Assembly: GCA_008632985.1 (NCBI GenBank)
Contig: QPGO01000121.1
Location: 1-64,000, forward strand
Direction of reading: 5' to 3'
DNA from: Psammoneis japonica
Taxonomy: Eukaryota
Length of the DNA stretch: 64,000 bases
The position numbers and the translations under genes were made by a program. Shown one piece after another: positions 21,296 through 31,975 of the stretch. Each line of letters starts with the position of its first letter. Positions within the stretch are counted from its first letter, which is position 1. A model generated the notes under the pieces. That model had not been told where the DNA came from. It worked only from the letters and a program-made list of their open reading frames with translations, and did not search any database.

Positions 21296-22496
21296 ATGAA
21301 GATGACCAACACTTGTAAACTCCTCGCCGCGCTCGGCGTCTTTCACTATGCCGTGTGGGGTACTGCCGCATTCGTATCTCAAGTACCAAAGGTAGGAATG
21401 CCAGCTCTTGGTTATCGCTCGAGACGTGGACGTGGACGTCGATACGAATACGATACGGACTACGAGTTGGAGGAACGGGAAAGAGTTCTAGAGGAGAGGG
21501 AAAGGGATTTGGAGGAACGGGAAATGGAAATGGTAAGCAGTTTCAGACTCTAAACTCTTTGTCTGTATTCCCTATTAGTTCTCACAGAGGACTCACCTGC
21601 GTGATGTTTTTGTGACACAGAGAGACAGAGACATTGAAAGAGAGATCGACATGGATCGCTTTGATCGTAGAGGAGGAGATATTGTATATGATGGGCCCCG
21701 TCGTGGGCGTAGTACTGTTGGACGTGACCTTGGCTTTTCTTCTGGCAGAGGGCCCTATGCACGTCAAGGCAAGGATCTAAGAGGTCCACGTCGTGAAGTA
21801 GTTCAAGGAGGGTCGCTCAAGACGTGGTCATTTGATACCGACGTTGTTGATAGCGTGCGAGTTCTGCTCGAGTCTGAGGGTCGCCCGTTGGATGCAGACA
21901 TCGAATTGTGGCAGGGCCCCGACAACACTCCTCATAAAATGAGGATCTACTCCGAAGATGGATTTATGCGCCCCTTCTGTGCCGTGCTTGACACCCCAGG
22001 CAGCCCCAACACCATCACGGTTCGCAACAACGGCATGTTGGAGTTCCCCCTCGATGCATACGTAACGGAAGACTCCATCGCGACCGGATCTGTTGGCGGC
22101 GAAACGGCTGCTATAGCTTACGACATGGTTTCGTACCCAGAGACAATTCAAGGAGGCGCTCTCCGTACATTCGACTTTGACTCCACCGTCGACAGTGTTC
22201 AAGTCTTGTTGGAGAGCGACGGCCGTCCTTTGAATGCGAGAATCGAGTTACTCCAGGGGCCCAACAACAAAAAGCAAGTCGTCGAGTTGTACACGGACGA
22301 TGGAAACTACCGTCCGTTCTACATGATTGTCGAAACACCAGGAAGTGGAAACGTAGTTAGAATTGTAAACTCCGCCACCATGGAATTTCCCTTGTACGCA
22401 AGGGTAGAGCCGTACTCATTCACCGAGTATGAATACGGAACCGGTCGTGGACGCCGTGGCCGTGTTGGTCCATACAGCAGACGAAATGGGTACTAA
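21296..22496 (+). CDS. Algal protein of unknown function with two tandem homologous domains, plastid-type presequence; intron 21533-21620
   Basis: Signal peptide ending TAAF; duplicated QGG(S/A)L(K/R)T.SF...VLLES.GRPL.A.IEL.QGP.N...PF....TPGS.N domain; phase-0 GT..AG intron keeps frame. Confidence 0.8.
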
Positions 22497-22865
22497 GTTA
22501 CCACAAGGGGCAAAATCGACCAAACAAGATTTTGAAAGGGGTATCGATGCCTTACGCATCTGGCCAGCATTGCCGGACTGCACCAGGCAGCTAGGAATTC
22601 CTAGTTTATAAAAACTTGCAGTCTGTGGGATATTACACATTTCACGATAAAATTAAAATATAATGAGATGCTTGGTTTTCGATACTGCTTTAGGATTCAG
22701 TTGTCTGCTGTGAATTTCTTCTTGTCCCTCGGATTCTCTACGCCATGAAGTCTTCTACAAACGTTACTCCGAATGGTGCTACCGGTACTATTTAGGTCGA
22801 GTATAACCTGAGAACAACAACTTCTTTGAAACTATCACTATACCGGTACCTCGCAAGAGAGAAAA

Positions 22866-23729
22866 CTATATTACAGAGTCCGCCATTCGAGTGTCTCCGA
22901 TGGCATTCTGAACGTGATTTGAAACCATTTCCGGCGCCCCGCTTCCATCGATTTCATGAAAGACATTCTTCTCCTCGTAGAATCTTTTGACGGCGGAGAC
23001 GTTTTCTCGGAATTGCTTTAGTCTAGAAGAAATCTTTTCGACTGTATCATCATCGCGTTGAAACAGCCTCTGTCAAATGTCTTCAGTCGGAGGAGGTGAG
23101 AAAGTCATGTGGTAGATCTTTCCGGAGACCGGATCAATTCTACGTCCAACTACACGTTCAATCATGGTTTTGTCAGGCACATTTAGGAACAGAAACGTAT
23201 CCACCTGTATGCCCATCTCCTCCATGGCCTCCGCCTGCGCAAGCGTCCTTGGAAACCCATCTAGTAGCCAGCCTCGCTCTTGGCAGTCCGGCTTCTGGAT
23301 CCTTTCCATAACAATCCGAATAATGATCTCGTCCGGAACGAGCTTGCCAGCATTCATGTATTGATTGGCAATCTTTATTGTAGGATGATGTGGTTGTGTC
23401 TTGACAGCTTCTCGCAGCATGTCGCCAGTGGACAAATGAACTAGATTGTACTTGGAAGCAATCATGTTTGATTGAGTGCCCTTTCCGCTGGCTGGGCCTC
23501 CCATAATTACGATCTTTCTAGGGATCTTATCAGACGGTGGAGGTGCATAGTTCTTCACGATCTTGATTTCAATCTCTGGCTCCATCAAGGATTCGTTAAT
23601 CTTGAGCTCACTTTTCCCCGCCACCCAGGGCACCCTCGAGTTCGGAGCAGAATATGTTTGGGGCGTCGCCATGACCCATTCAGGGCAGAGAAGCAAGGCG
23701 CACACCGATAAGAACTGAATTTGAGCCAT
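22866..23729 (-). CDS. adk: Adenylate kinase with signal peptide; frameshift near 23075
   Basis: GGPASGKGTQ, HLSTGDMLR, GWLLDGFPRT, GRRIDPVSGKIYH; another frame continues RLFQRDDDTVEKISSRL...EIDGS to a stop at 22866. Confidence 0.9.
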
Positions 23730-24015
23730 CACTTGGCTTCAAAGCGATCACACAGAGAAGAAGAGAAAAGAAGATTGTGTGATGGATCAGTGATGGGAAG
23801 TGGAATCCGAAGCTGATGACGTGCGGCGAGTGGCCACCGCAGATCTTTCTCGAAGCCCGCTGAAAGTGTAGGACCCTACTGCCGTAGATGTCAGTATTGA
23901 ATCTACGCAAATACCCTGGTACGCACGACTGACGACTGACGTTGGCCGTTCAATCACGCCGGGATTTCCGAGCGAGGAGGCAAGGCAGGAGCAAGGAGCG
24001 AGGAACGTATACAGT

Positions 24016-25335
24016 ATGGGTAACTCTCTTTACGGCAAGTGGCGAGACGCGAGAACAAGCGCCTTGCTTATGGTAGTACCAACAGGAAAACTGCTTGTTG
24101 ATGCTGCCAAGTCATGGAAAGCAACGACAAGATGGTCGTTGAAAACATTATCTCAATTGGGGAGCAAACCATTGAAATCGAATGCCAAGGTGTTGCTGAC
24201 GGATGTTGCCTTGCGATTGGCATGCCAACACGATCTTTGCACGGAACTCATGGACCAAGTAAGTTGCTTGACAGACAGCAGCAATCAATCCTCCTCAGCC
24301 TCGCCATCTGGTGTGATACGAGCGGTGAACCGACCAGTGCAAATGTCGCTCAAGCAACAATTAAGGCATCATCAACTCATGGAGCAAGAGCAGGACAATG
24401 CACGTCGACAGCTAAACAATCTACGAGTTCTTCATAATGACACACATCAGCTCGTCCAAGGCTTGCGAGATCATGAAAGTTTACTGGAACGATTCACATC
24501 ATCCGACCAACACTTGGTCGCGGCCACTATGGAACAAGTTCGATCTCGACATGCTTCAACGGTTGAAACGCTTGCGGATGTTTGTATTGGACTGCGACAT
24601 GTTGCTCATCAAGGAGGTTCGCATTACAATCTCAAAGGCTTTGATGTCACCGTCGAAACCTTTTTGAAGGGTCGTCTTGGTGTACAGCTTCTATGCGATC
24701 ACTATGTTGCGTTGAACAAGGGTAAACCACACGGCGGGATAAGTGTCGACTGTTCACTCTATGATGTCTTGGAAGATGCTGTAACGGAAGCCAAGCACAT
24801 GTGTGATGCCAATCTAGAATCAGTCCCAGATGTTATAATGCCCGAGTTTGACCACAAAATCACGCTGGTGCGGCCTTGGGTGAATCACGCGTTGGTGGAG
24901 CTCCTCAAGAACGCAATGAAGTCCTCTGTGGATAGAGCAGAAAGAGATCATTCTAGTCGCTGCAACCCTTCCCCCATTCATATTCGACCTAGAAAAGATG
25001 GCGGATGTCTTTCCGTGGACGTAATCGATCAGGGTTTGGGATTAGACGGAGACAATGGTGCAATTGATAGAGCTTTTGGTTTTGCGTACTCCTCGGCGAT
25101 TCAACGATGGGACAGATTAGATGAGCAGCAGTCATATGCGATGGTCCGTTCACCATTACAAAGCCTGGGCGTTGGACTGCCGCTGAGCCGTATGATGATG
25201 AGACATTTCGGTGGAGACGTAACCTTGAGGAACCGGCCGGAGATTGAAGAAGAAATATCTTCAGGTTGCACCGCCGCGATGAGTCTAAGAATGGATGATA
25301 CCATCATGGAACAGCTTCCTGGAGACAGCAACTAA
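24016..25335 (+). CDS. Pyruvate/branched-chain ketoacid dehydrogenase kinase-like protein (GHKL ATPase fold)
   Basis: FLKGRLGVQLL, ELLKNAMKS (N box), DQGLG (G1), LGVGLPLSRMMMRHFGGD (G2). Confidence 0.85.
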   Translation: MGNSLYGKWRDARTSALLMVVPTGKLLVDAAKSWKATTRWSLKTLSQLGSKPLKSNAKVLLTDVALRLACQHDLCTELMDQVSCLTDSSNQSSSASPSGVIRAVNRPVQMSLKQQLRHHQLMEQEQDNARRQLNNLRVLHNDTHQLVQGLRDHESLLERFTSSDQHLVAATMEQVRSRHASTVETLADVCIGLRHVAHQGGSHYNLKGFDVTVETFLKGRLGVQLLCDHYVALNKGKPHGGISVDCSLYDVLEDAVTEAKHMCDANLESVPDVIMPEFDHKITLVRPWVNHALVELLKNAMKSSVDRAERDHSSRCNPSPIHIRPRKDGGCLSVDVIDQGLGLDGDNGAIDRAFGFAYSSAIQRWDRLDEQQSYAMVRSPLQSLGVGLPLSRMMMRHFGGDVTLRNRPEIEEEISSGCTAAMSLRMDDTIMEQLPGDSN

Positions 25336-25408
25336 AGCTAGGTTTTGTGGACAACTGTAGAGTTCGTCATTGTAACAAGGGTTCACTGTCTCTTATGAAT
25401 TATGTTGA

Positions 25409-26581
25409 TCAACGCTGTATAGCGCGGTATCCGTCGGGTCCAGCCTTTAGACAGTATCTCATGTACAGATCACCACTACTGGTATCACCTACCACGTGCA
25501 TACTTGACTTGTCGTCATTTCCCAACTTGCTTTCGATATCGTGCCTCAATTGAAACCACCTTTCATGAAACGTCAAACAAGACGAGTCGTCGTCATTATG
25601 TTTCGTCTCGTTCTGAACGTTCCCACAGTTCCAAGGCAATGGACAGGCATTCTTCATGGCAACAATTCTGCCAAACGTCAGGTCACAGACGGATCCACAG
25701 GTAGTCCACGAGGAGAAGTGATCAACACGAGTATCTTTATCATCGGCCAACGTGTGGTTGGAGCATTCCTTTAAAATGTCTTGGACGAGAGCATTCTTAG
25801 CGGCTTCACTGGGCCGATGAACGCTAATTGAGCCCGAGACCATGTCTTCAAATGTTGTCATTTGCTTTGCTTGTATGGCACTGTCCGAGGCCTGGATCTG
25901 CGTGTTGTTAAAAGACGTGGGAAGTACCAGAGATGGCAGGGGCACGCTCACTACCACGTCCACTCCAACTTGATGAGTTGAATACAACGGTATCCTAACC
26001 TTGTCAGAAAGACAAGACTCAGATTCGTATTTCTCCAATACTTTTGGGAGTCCAATCGTCTCTCGATCCACTGTCCTGTATCCCATAGTTCTAAGCGTTG
26101 AACCACACTCGGCAATAAGGTGACCTGACAATATGGCATGGAGCTGAATAATTTCTCGATTCTTGAGTTGCGTCGCAATGGAGTGCTGCAAAACAGCCGC
26201 CGCATCCATCCAGTGTGCATCACAGCTCGTGATATCTACTACAAACACAATTGTCTGCTGCTTGACAGGCGGCTTCTTCTTGCCTTGTTGTTTCGGACTG
26301 CCCAGTCTCATGCCATGATGGGGCGGTATTGCCGGTTCCAATTTTTCGCGGCTACTTGGAAAGACAAAACGAAACAATCCGACCGACATTTGTCGTCCGA
26401 ACAAGCCAAGAGGCGGATCGTCGTAGTACTCGTCTCCATATGTTTCTTGATGAGAAAAATGGTCGTAAAGATGATTCTGATGGTAATCGAAACTCTGCAT
26501 GCGTTGCCACGCCAAAATCACAAGCAACGCTGCGGAAATCACGAGTGTGTTTTGTACGTATCGTAAAATGACACGAATCAT
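25409..26581 (-). CDS. Hypothetical type-II membrane protein, possibly a divergent glycosyltransferase
   Basis: 390-aa ORF with N-terminal TM anchor; ITSC...DAAAVLQHSI, PWNC and C-terminal YC...G.Y pattern resembling algal GT8-like proteins (recalled, not verified). Confidence 0.55.
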   Translation of the reverse strand: MIRVILRYVQNTLVISAALLVILAWQRMQSFDYHQNHLYDHFSHQETYGDEYYDDPPLGLFGRQMSVGLFRFVFPSSREKLEPAIPPHHGMRLGSPKQQGKKKPPVKQQTIVFVVDITSCDAHWMDAAAVLQHSIATQLKNREIIQLHAILSGHLIAECGSTLRTMGYRTVDRETIGLPKVLEKYESESCLSDKVRIPLYSTHQVGVDVVVSVPLPSLVLPTSFNNTQIQASDSAIQAKQMTTFEDMVSGSISVHRPSEAAKNALVQDILKECSNHTLADDKDTRVDHFSSWTTCGSVCDLTFGRIVAMKNACPLPWNCGNVQNETKHNDDDSSCLTFHERWFQLRHDIESKLGNDDKSSMHVVGDTSSGDLYMRYCLKAGPDGYRAIQR

Positions 26582-27116
26582 TATCGTTTCTCTTGTAATA
26601 CAAACTTATTGCCTCTCTTTGAAACTACGGTAGGTGATTCTGATTGTGTTAGTAGAAGTAGCAACATCAGCCTCGCTTGGTGGGGTTGCGGGTTCTGGTT
26701 TCGGCGGAACGCGGAACATTGAGCGAAAGAAAAGGCGGGAAAGACAAAAAAGGACTTGATTATTCCGATTTTTTTGGAGTTTTCATAGATATGAATGCTC
26801 TAATAATTATTACTATACTTTTACTGCCTTTAGCGATGAAGAAAAATATATATATATACATAACGCATGTATGCTTTTTATGATTAGTCTGTCTGTAGTA
26901 CGCGGACCATTTTCAATTTGTCACGCTGACAAAAAACACACACACCAAAAATAAATCTTGCACGTTCTGCTGGTTGTCTTGGACCGGTTGTCTTTGTGTT
27001 GTGGTTGCAGCGGCTGTCGTCCGTCTCGAAGTAAAGGCTTACGGTGTGAAAGAGGAGGAGAAGGGCGCCGCTTGGGTAGAGAAAGAGGTCTATAAAGCCA
27101 CCCTCACGTTAAAAAG

Positions 27117-29645
27117 ATGGCTGGCAACATGGAATCGATGCTTATGGGAGGGTCGGACGATTCCTCGTCTGACGATAGCGACAATGAGCTTCAGGAGGTG
27201 ACTGCCGGCACGGCTGCATCTGCTGTTGCTGCCGCGGTTGTACCACCACCCGTTGCACCCCCCGCTCCTGCGCCTGCTGCCCCTCCTCCTATTCCAGCTC
27301 CGACGGGTCCGAAAACTCAATCAGATCTAAGTGCTCGCTTAAAGTCGCTGTATTCTCCAGCCAACAAAGCAACACCAACTGCGGGACGAACGGTAGCACC
27401 TGCTCAGGCTGCCAATATGCCTGCTGTCCCAAACATCACTTCGCCACCCTCTCGTGCTCAAAGTGGAAGTTCTCATGGACAGCAACAGCAGATACCACAG
27501 CAAACACAGCAACTGTCATCGCCACAACAGCAGGCAGCAAACGCTTTTCGTCCGCTCGTTCCCAACGCTTCTGCAAAGCCCCATCCACCCAAGCCAAAGG
27601 CTGTTCCTCGACAATCGGATCCCTTTGAACCAACGCCGTTAAGGAAAATGATTGAACGAGAACAACAAGCAAAAGCTACTCCGCCCGCCGCCATGCCGGT
27701 TTCAACCGGAGCACCGACACAGCACATGGCTTCCACAACCGCCATGCCTGTAACCAACAATCGCGTCGCTCCTTCTGGAATCAAAGTGTCGGGTCTTCCA
27801 ATTCACAGTTCCGGTTCTACAGCAAGCACAAGTAGCAGTGTCAGTACGGTTCGAGCATCCAATGTCACGGCGTCACGGGGTGGCACAAGTAGTAGTCGAC
27901 AAGAGATGGATGCCAAGCGTCGCAAGGAAAAGTTTTTAATGTTTACGCGCGTCTTGATGAAGTATCTCGAACAAAAGGATCCTCCCATGCACGCACGGGC
28001 CAAGTCTGTCATTCGAGAGTGTGCGGAAAAGAACAAGGCCAAGGAAGCTGGCTATGAGAGTGTGACGGCGAGTATGCAAACGCGGCTGCGTGTGACTGTG
28101 GGTGATCAGTATTGGAAGCGAGCGGAGAATTATCTGAATCACTTTTTGACTCAAAAGAAATCAAANNNNNNNNNNNNNNNNNNNNNNNNNNNNNNNNNNN
28201 NNNNNNNNNNNNNNNNNNNNNNNNNNNNNNNNNNNNNNNNNNNNNNNNNNNNNNNNNNNNNNNNNNNNNNNNNNNNNNNNNNNNNNNNNNNNNNNNNNNN
28301 NNNNNNNNNNNNNNNNNNNNNNNNNNNNNNNNNNNNNNNNNNNNNNNNNNNNNNNNNNNNNNNNNNNNNNNNNNNNNNNNNNNNNNNNNNNNNNNNNNNN
28401 NNNNNNNNNNNNNNNNNNNNNNNNNNNNNNNNNNNNNNNNNNNNNNNNNNNNNNNNNNNNNNNNNNNNNNNNNNNNNNNNNNNNNNNNNNNNNNNNNNNN
28501 NNNNNNNNNNNNNNNNNNNNNNNNNNNNNNNNNNNNNNNNNNNNNNNNNNNNNNNNNNNNNNNNNNNNNNNNNNNNNNNNNNNNNNNNNNNNNNNNNNNN
28601 NNNNNNNNNNNNNNNNNNNNNNNNNNNNNNNNNNNNNNNNNNNNNNNNNNNNNNNNNNNNNNNNNNNNNNNNNNNNNNNNNNNNNNNNNNNNNNNNNNNN
28701 NNNNNNNNNNNNNNNNNNNNNNNNNNNNNNNNNNNNNNNNNNNNNNNNNNNNNNNNNNNNNNNNNNNNNNNNNNNNNNNNNNNNNNNNNNNNNNNNNNNN
28801 NNNNNNNNNNNNNNNNNNNNNNNNNNNNNNNNNNNNNNNNNNNNNNNNNNNNNNNNNNNNNNNNNNNNNNNNNNNNNNNNNNNNNNNNNNNNNNNNNNNN
28901 NNNNNNNNNNNNNNNCACTGCAAATGGTCAGCCTGTTGTTGCCGGATTTACCCTTCCAGGAAGCGCCAAACCTGTTCCACCGGCCCCGCCGGTAGCAGTT
29001 CCTCCTGTACCGCCTGGTCCACCTCTTGTTGCTGCACCAGCTGCTCCAGCTCCAGTCCAGGCGCCCGCTCCCACTGCGGCATGGTTCAATGAGGAAAAGG
29101 CAGAAGAAGACAAGACTCTTGCCATGCTGAGTGAAGCGACCGATATTTACTTGAAATCGATATTGGAGAAGGCGATTCATTCGGCTCGGCAGCGTGAGAA
29201 TTTGGACGGAATTCGTTTGTGGCATTTACAGCACAACACAATGCAGAAACCTCCTCTTGCACTGCGGCTAGGCTGTGATGTGAAGCGTCAGGTAGCGCAG
29301 GCTGCAGGGAATGCTGCTAAAACGACGCAACGAATGGAAGAAGCGCTGGAACGGCAAAAGGGAATTCCAGCCAAAGCCAGAGCATTGGATAGTGACGAAA
29401 CGTTGTATGAAGCTTCGAGTATGGCCGACCTCGCCTTGAGGCCCATGCTGGCAAAAGCTGCTCCTGAGGCTGACCTTAATGCAAAGAGGAGCTATGAAGT
29501 ATATGGGGGAAAGGATAGCGGCGCTCCTCCGTTTGGGCGAGTTCCAAAGAAAGTCAAGATTGAGGTTAAAGATTTTCAATTTGGCTTGGAGAACTCTTGG
29601 TTTCCTCACCAACGGACGGACATTGCTGCTTCGTCCTTTATTTAG
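27117..29645 (+). CDS. TAF4-like transcription factor (RST-like domain and histone-fold region), interrupted by a gap
   Basis: Pro/Gln-rich N-terminus; KEKFLMFTRVLMKYLEQKD helical domain; after the gap MLSEATDIYLKSILEKAIHSARQR resembles the TAF4 histone fold; continuity across Ns is unverified. Confidence 0.6.
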   Translation: MAGNMESMLMGGSDDSSSDDSDNELQEVTAGTAASAVAAAVVPPPVAPPAPAPAAPPPIPAPTGPKTQSDLSARLKSLYSPANKATPTAGRTVAPAQAANMPAVPNITSPPSRAQSGSSHGQQQQIPQQTQQLSSPQQQAANAFRPLVPNASAKPHPPKPKAVPRQSDPFEPTPLRKMIEREQQAKATPPAAMPVSTGAPTQHMASTTAMPVTNNRVAPSGIKVSGLPIHSSGSTASTSSSVSTVRASNVTASRGGTSSSRQEMDAKRRKEKFLMFTRVLMKYLEQKDPPMHARAKSVIRECAEKNKAKEAGYESVTASMQTRLRVTVGDQYWKRAENYLNHFLTQKKSXXXXXXXXXXXXXXXXXXXXXXXXXXXXXXXXXXXXXXXXXXXXXXXXXXXXXXXXXXXXXXXXXXXXXXXXXXXXXXXXXXXXXXXXXXXXXXXXXXXXXXXXXXXXXXXXXXXXXXXXXXXXXXXXXXXXXXXXXXXXXXXXXXXXXXXXXXXXXXXXXXXXXXXXXXXXXXXXXXXXXXXXXXXXXXXXXXXXXXXXXXXXXXXXXXXXXXXXXXXXXXXXXXXXXXXXXXXXXXXXXXXXXXXXXXXTANGQPVVAGFTLPGSAKPVPPAPPVAVPPVPPGPPLVAAPAAPAPVQAPAPTAAWFNEEKAEEDKTLAMLSEATDIYLKSILEKAIHSARQRENLDGIRLWHLQHNTMQKPPLALRLGCDVKRQVAQAAGNAAKTTQRMEEALERQKGIPAKARALDSDETLYEASSMADLALRPMLAKAAPEADLNAKRSYEVYGGKDSGAPPFGRVPKKVKIEVKDFQFGLENSWFPHQRTDIAASSFI
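28166..28915. other. Assembly gap (N run)
   Basis: N run read directly. Confidence 1.
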
Positions 29646-29747
29646 TTGAGAATCTGGGTTTCGACTTGAGAAGTCATTACATTTAAGAATTGTATAATTA
29701 TAGGGAAAGTTAATCCCCTTCTTCATTGCCAGATTGTGTGCAAATAG

Positions 29748-31397
29748 TTACAAGGGTGGCATTGATTTTGACGACAAGCGACCGCTTATCATTGACTCAT
29801 CGTTACTGCTGACTTTCTCTCCAGTCCACCTGGCCAATCGCTGTGTCTGAACTCCATGAAGTGCGCAAAGTGAAATGAGCCGTTCCCTCAAATCATGTGT
29901 TTCCTTCGCTGCACGCGGTTGTCGTCGCTTGGTGGCCGTTATCATTACATTCTTACTCGTGTGCTCCCCGCCAATAAACTCAAACACTTGAACATTGTAA
30001 TTTGCAATCTCCAATAGCAAAGCTCGAATGGAATCCGTCGCCGTCTCAGCGGCACGTTCACGGTATATGTTGTGGCGGAGGATGTCCGCTAGTGGATGAT
30101 CCTTGCCCATCTTGACAACGTAGGGATCCAGTTGCTTTCTCACTTCCTTGTGGCAGCAGGGTGCAACAACAATCACATTTGCATGACCCCGAATCCCAGT
30201 CCACAAGGCATCGTCTGTGGCAGTATCACAGGCGTGCAAAGCAATCAGCACATCTAGTGAATCTTTGTCGTGCTGGTCACTTTCACTTGACAATAGACTT
30301 TCGATTGTTCCTTCTTCAAACTGCAGCCCCGCAAACTCAGGTCCGAGAGAACGAGCAATTGCGGTGATTTCTTTGATGAGTTTTGGGCGCATATCGATAC
30401 CGCGAGACTGAACCATTGGTCCATGAATCTTTTCGAGAAACGAGTGCAACGAAAAGGTAAGGTAGCCGCGTCCGCAACCCATGTCGACAACCGAAATGTT
30501 GGTCACGTCTTTGTCATTGAATAGAGAAGATTCTACGAGACCTCCCACGATTTCTACAAACTTTTGGCACTGTCGCAACTTGGACGACATGCCCGGGCGT
30601 GGTTTTCCATCTGCTTTGGACAGACCCAGTGCCTGCAGAAATGGCGCATCGGAAGGAAGTGGGACCTGCTTTGTGCGATCATGAGCTGTCGGAGACGCGG
30701 CTGCCCCATTGTTTGCGCTGGACCGCCGTTTCCAAAGTTTGGGTTTCTTTCGTTTCAGGTCCATTTCCCACGTGCTGTCGGTGCAAACGAGCTCACCGCG
30801 TTGAATGCCCAATTCCGAACCGACAGGATTAAGGCCCCGTTCTCCCCACTCAGACATCACCACGCTATTGTCACTGGATGAAGGCAGTAACAACGAATAC
30901 AAACCCTTTTCAACTTTATCGACTCTCCAATTCTTTGCCACATCTGTTGCCCCATGATACTTGATGGTAATCTGGAGAAACGTTGTGTCTTGCTTTGCTT
31001 GTTTCTTGCTGTTGTTTAGAACAATCATGCGTCCCTGTACTTGTCGTATACAGCCTCGTAATCGTCCCTTATCGCCCTTGTGCTTGCCTTTCTTCGCAAC
31101 CGACGGCCCTCGCAAATTGAACGACACAAAGGATTCTTTCTGAACCGATTGTGTGATGTGCGTGATAAAGTCACGAACAGTTGCAGTTACTTGAGGTGAT
31201 GCGGAGGTGTCAGATATGAAAGGTTTAGATAGACTATCCTCTGATACAGATGACGAGAAGAGAATTGATGCAGAGTTTGTCTCGTGCCATCTCAACTTCG
31301 TTGTTCTGGAGGAAGTTTGTGTGCCTTGGAAACCGCATGCCAAACTCATCATGATGAATGAGAATGAAGCCAACATCATTCTGGAGCAAAATTTCAT
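29748..31397 (-). CDS. SAM-dependent methyltransferase (Methyltransf_32-like) with plastid-type presequence
   Basis: VVDMGCGRGYLTF, IALHACDTATDDAL, VAPCCH, EHTSKNVMI; signal peptide ending ACGF. Confidence 0.88.
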   Translation of the reverse strand: MKFCSRMMLASFSFIMMSLACGFQGTQTSSRTTKLRWHETNSASILFSSSVSEDSLSKPFISDTSASPQVTATVRDFITHITQSVQKESFVSFNLRGPSVAKKGKHKGDKGRLRGCIRQVQGRMIVLNNSKKQAKQDTTFLQITIKYHGATDVAKNWRVDKVEKGLYSLLLPSSSDNSVVMSEWGERGLNPVGSELGIQRGELVCTDSTWEMDLKRKKPKLWKRRSSANNGAAASPTAHDRTKQVPLPSDAPFLQALGLSKADGKPRPGMSSKLRQCQKFVEIVGGLVESSLFNDKDVTNISVVDMGCGRGYLTFSLHSFLEKIHGPMVQSRGIDMRPKLIKEITAIARSLGPEFAGLQFEEGTIESLLSSESDQHDKDSLDVLIALHACDTATDDALWTGIRGHANVIVVAPCCHKEVRKQLDPYVVKMGKDHPLADILRHNIYRERAAETATDSIRALLLEIANYNVQVFEFIGGEHTSKNVMITATKRRQPRAAKETHDLRERLISLCALHGVQTQRLARWTGEKVSSNDESMISGRLSSKSMPPL

Positions 31398-31975
31398 ACT
31401 GACAATTAAGTCGCCTCTCTAGCCGCGTCTAATACATCCTAAAGGGCGCCGCCCAACTCATCCATCATAAGTATCGCCGCCATGGCCGTCCATGCCGCCA
31501 TCTATCGGCATCACAGTCTCACTTGGGGTTTACGATAGGCTGATGTGCTGTTCGCACGGAATGGATGGATGGACGGACGCGGACGCGCGGACGGACGTAC
31601 GCGGAACTCGAATCATCGAGTGATCGTGAGTGCGTGATAGACTCCTCCAACTCTAGCTACTACTAGTAGCTAGAGCTAGAGTAGAGAGTAGTCTACGAGC
31701 GGAAGCTACCATAAAGTGCCGATAAGAAATCAAAAGGGACAGTCGTAGCTCTCTAGTATTTTATCTTCTAAGCATGTGCTTCACGTTTGGCTGTAGCTAG
31801 AAAACATTTTGCTGGAGAGAGAGAGAACAGACAGCTACCGCTAGGTACTAGACTTCCCAACACGAAAGCTTTGGTTTTAGGTACTCTAGTAGAGGTCGGA
31901 AGAGATAAAGATAAAGTTAAAAATGAAGTTAAATATACAGCACGAAAATGAAACCCAGTGTCCAATAATATGCAG

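Noticed and set aside
23060..23090. Programmed frameshifting in adk and other genes
   Set aside because: No shared slippery motif seen; scattered indels fit assembly error better.
28009..29225. Alternative-frame ORFs across the second N gap
   Set aside because: Artefacts of Ns; only the TAF4-like frame has support on both sides.
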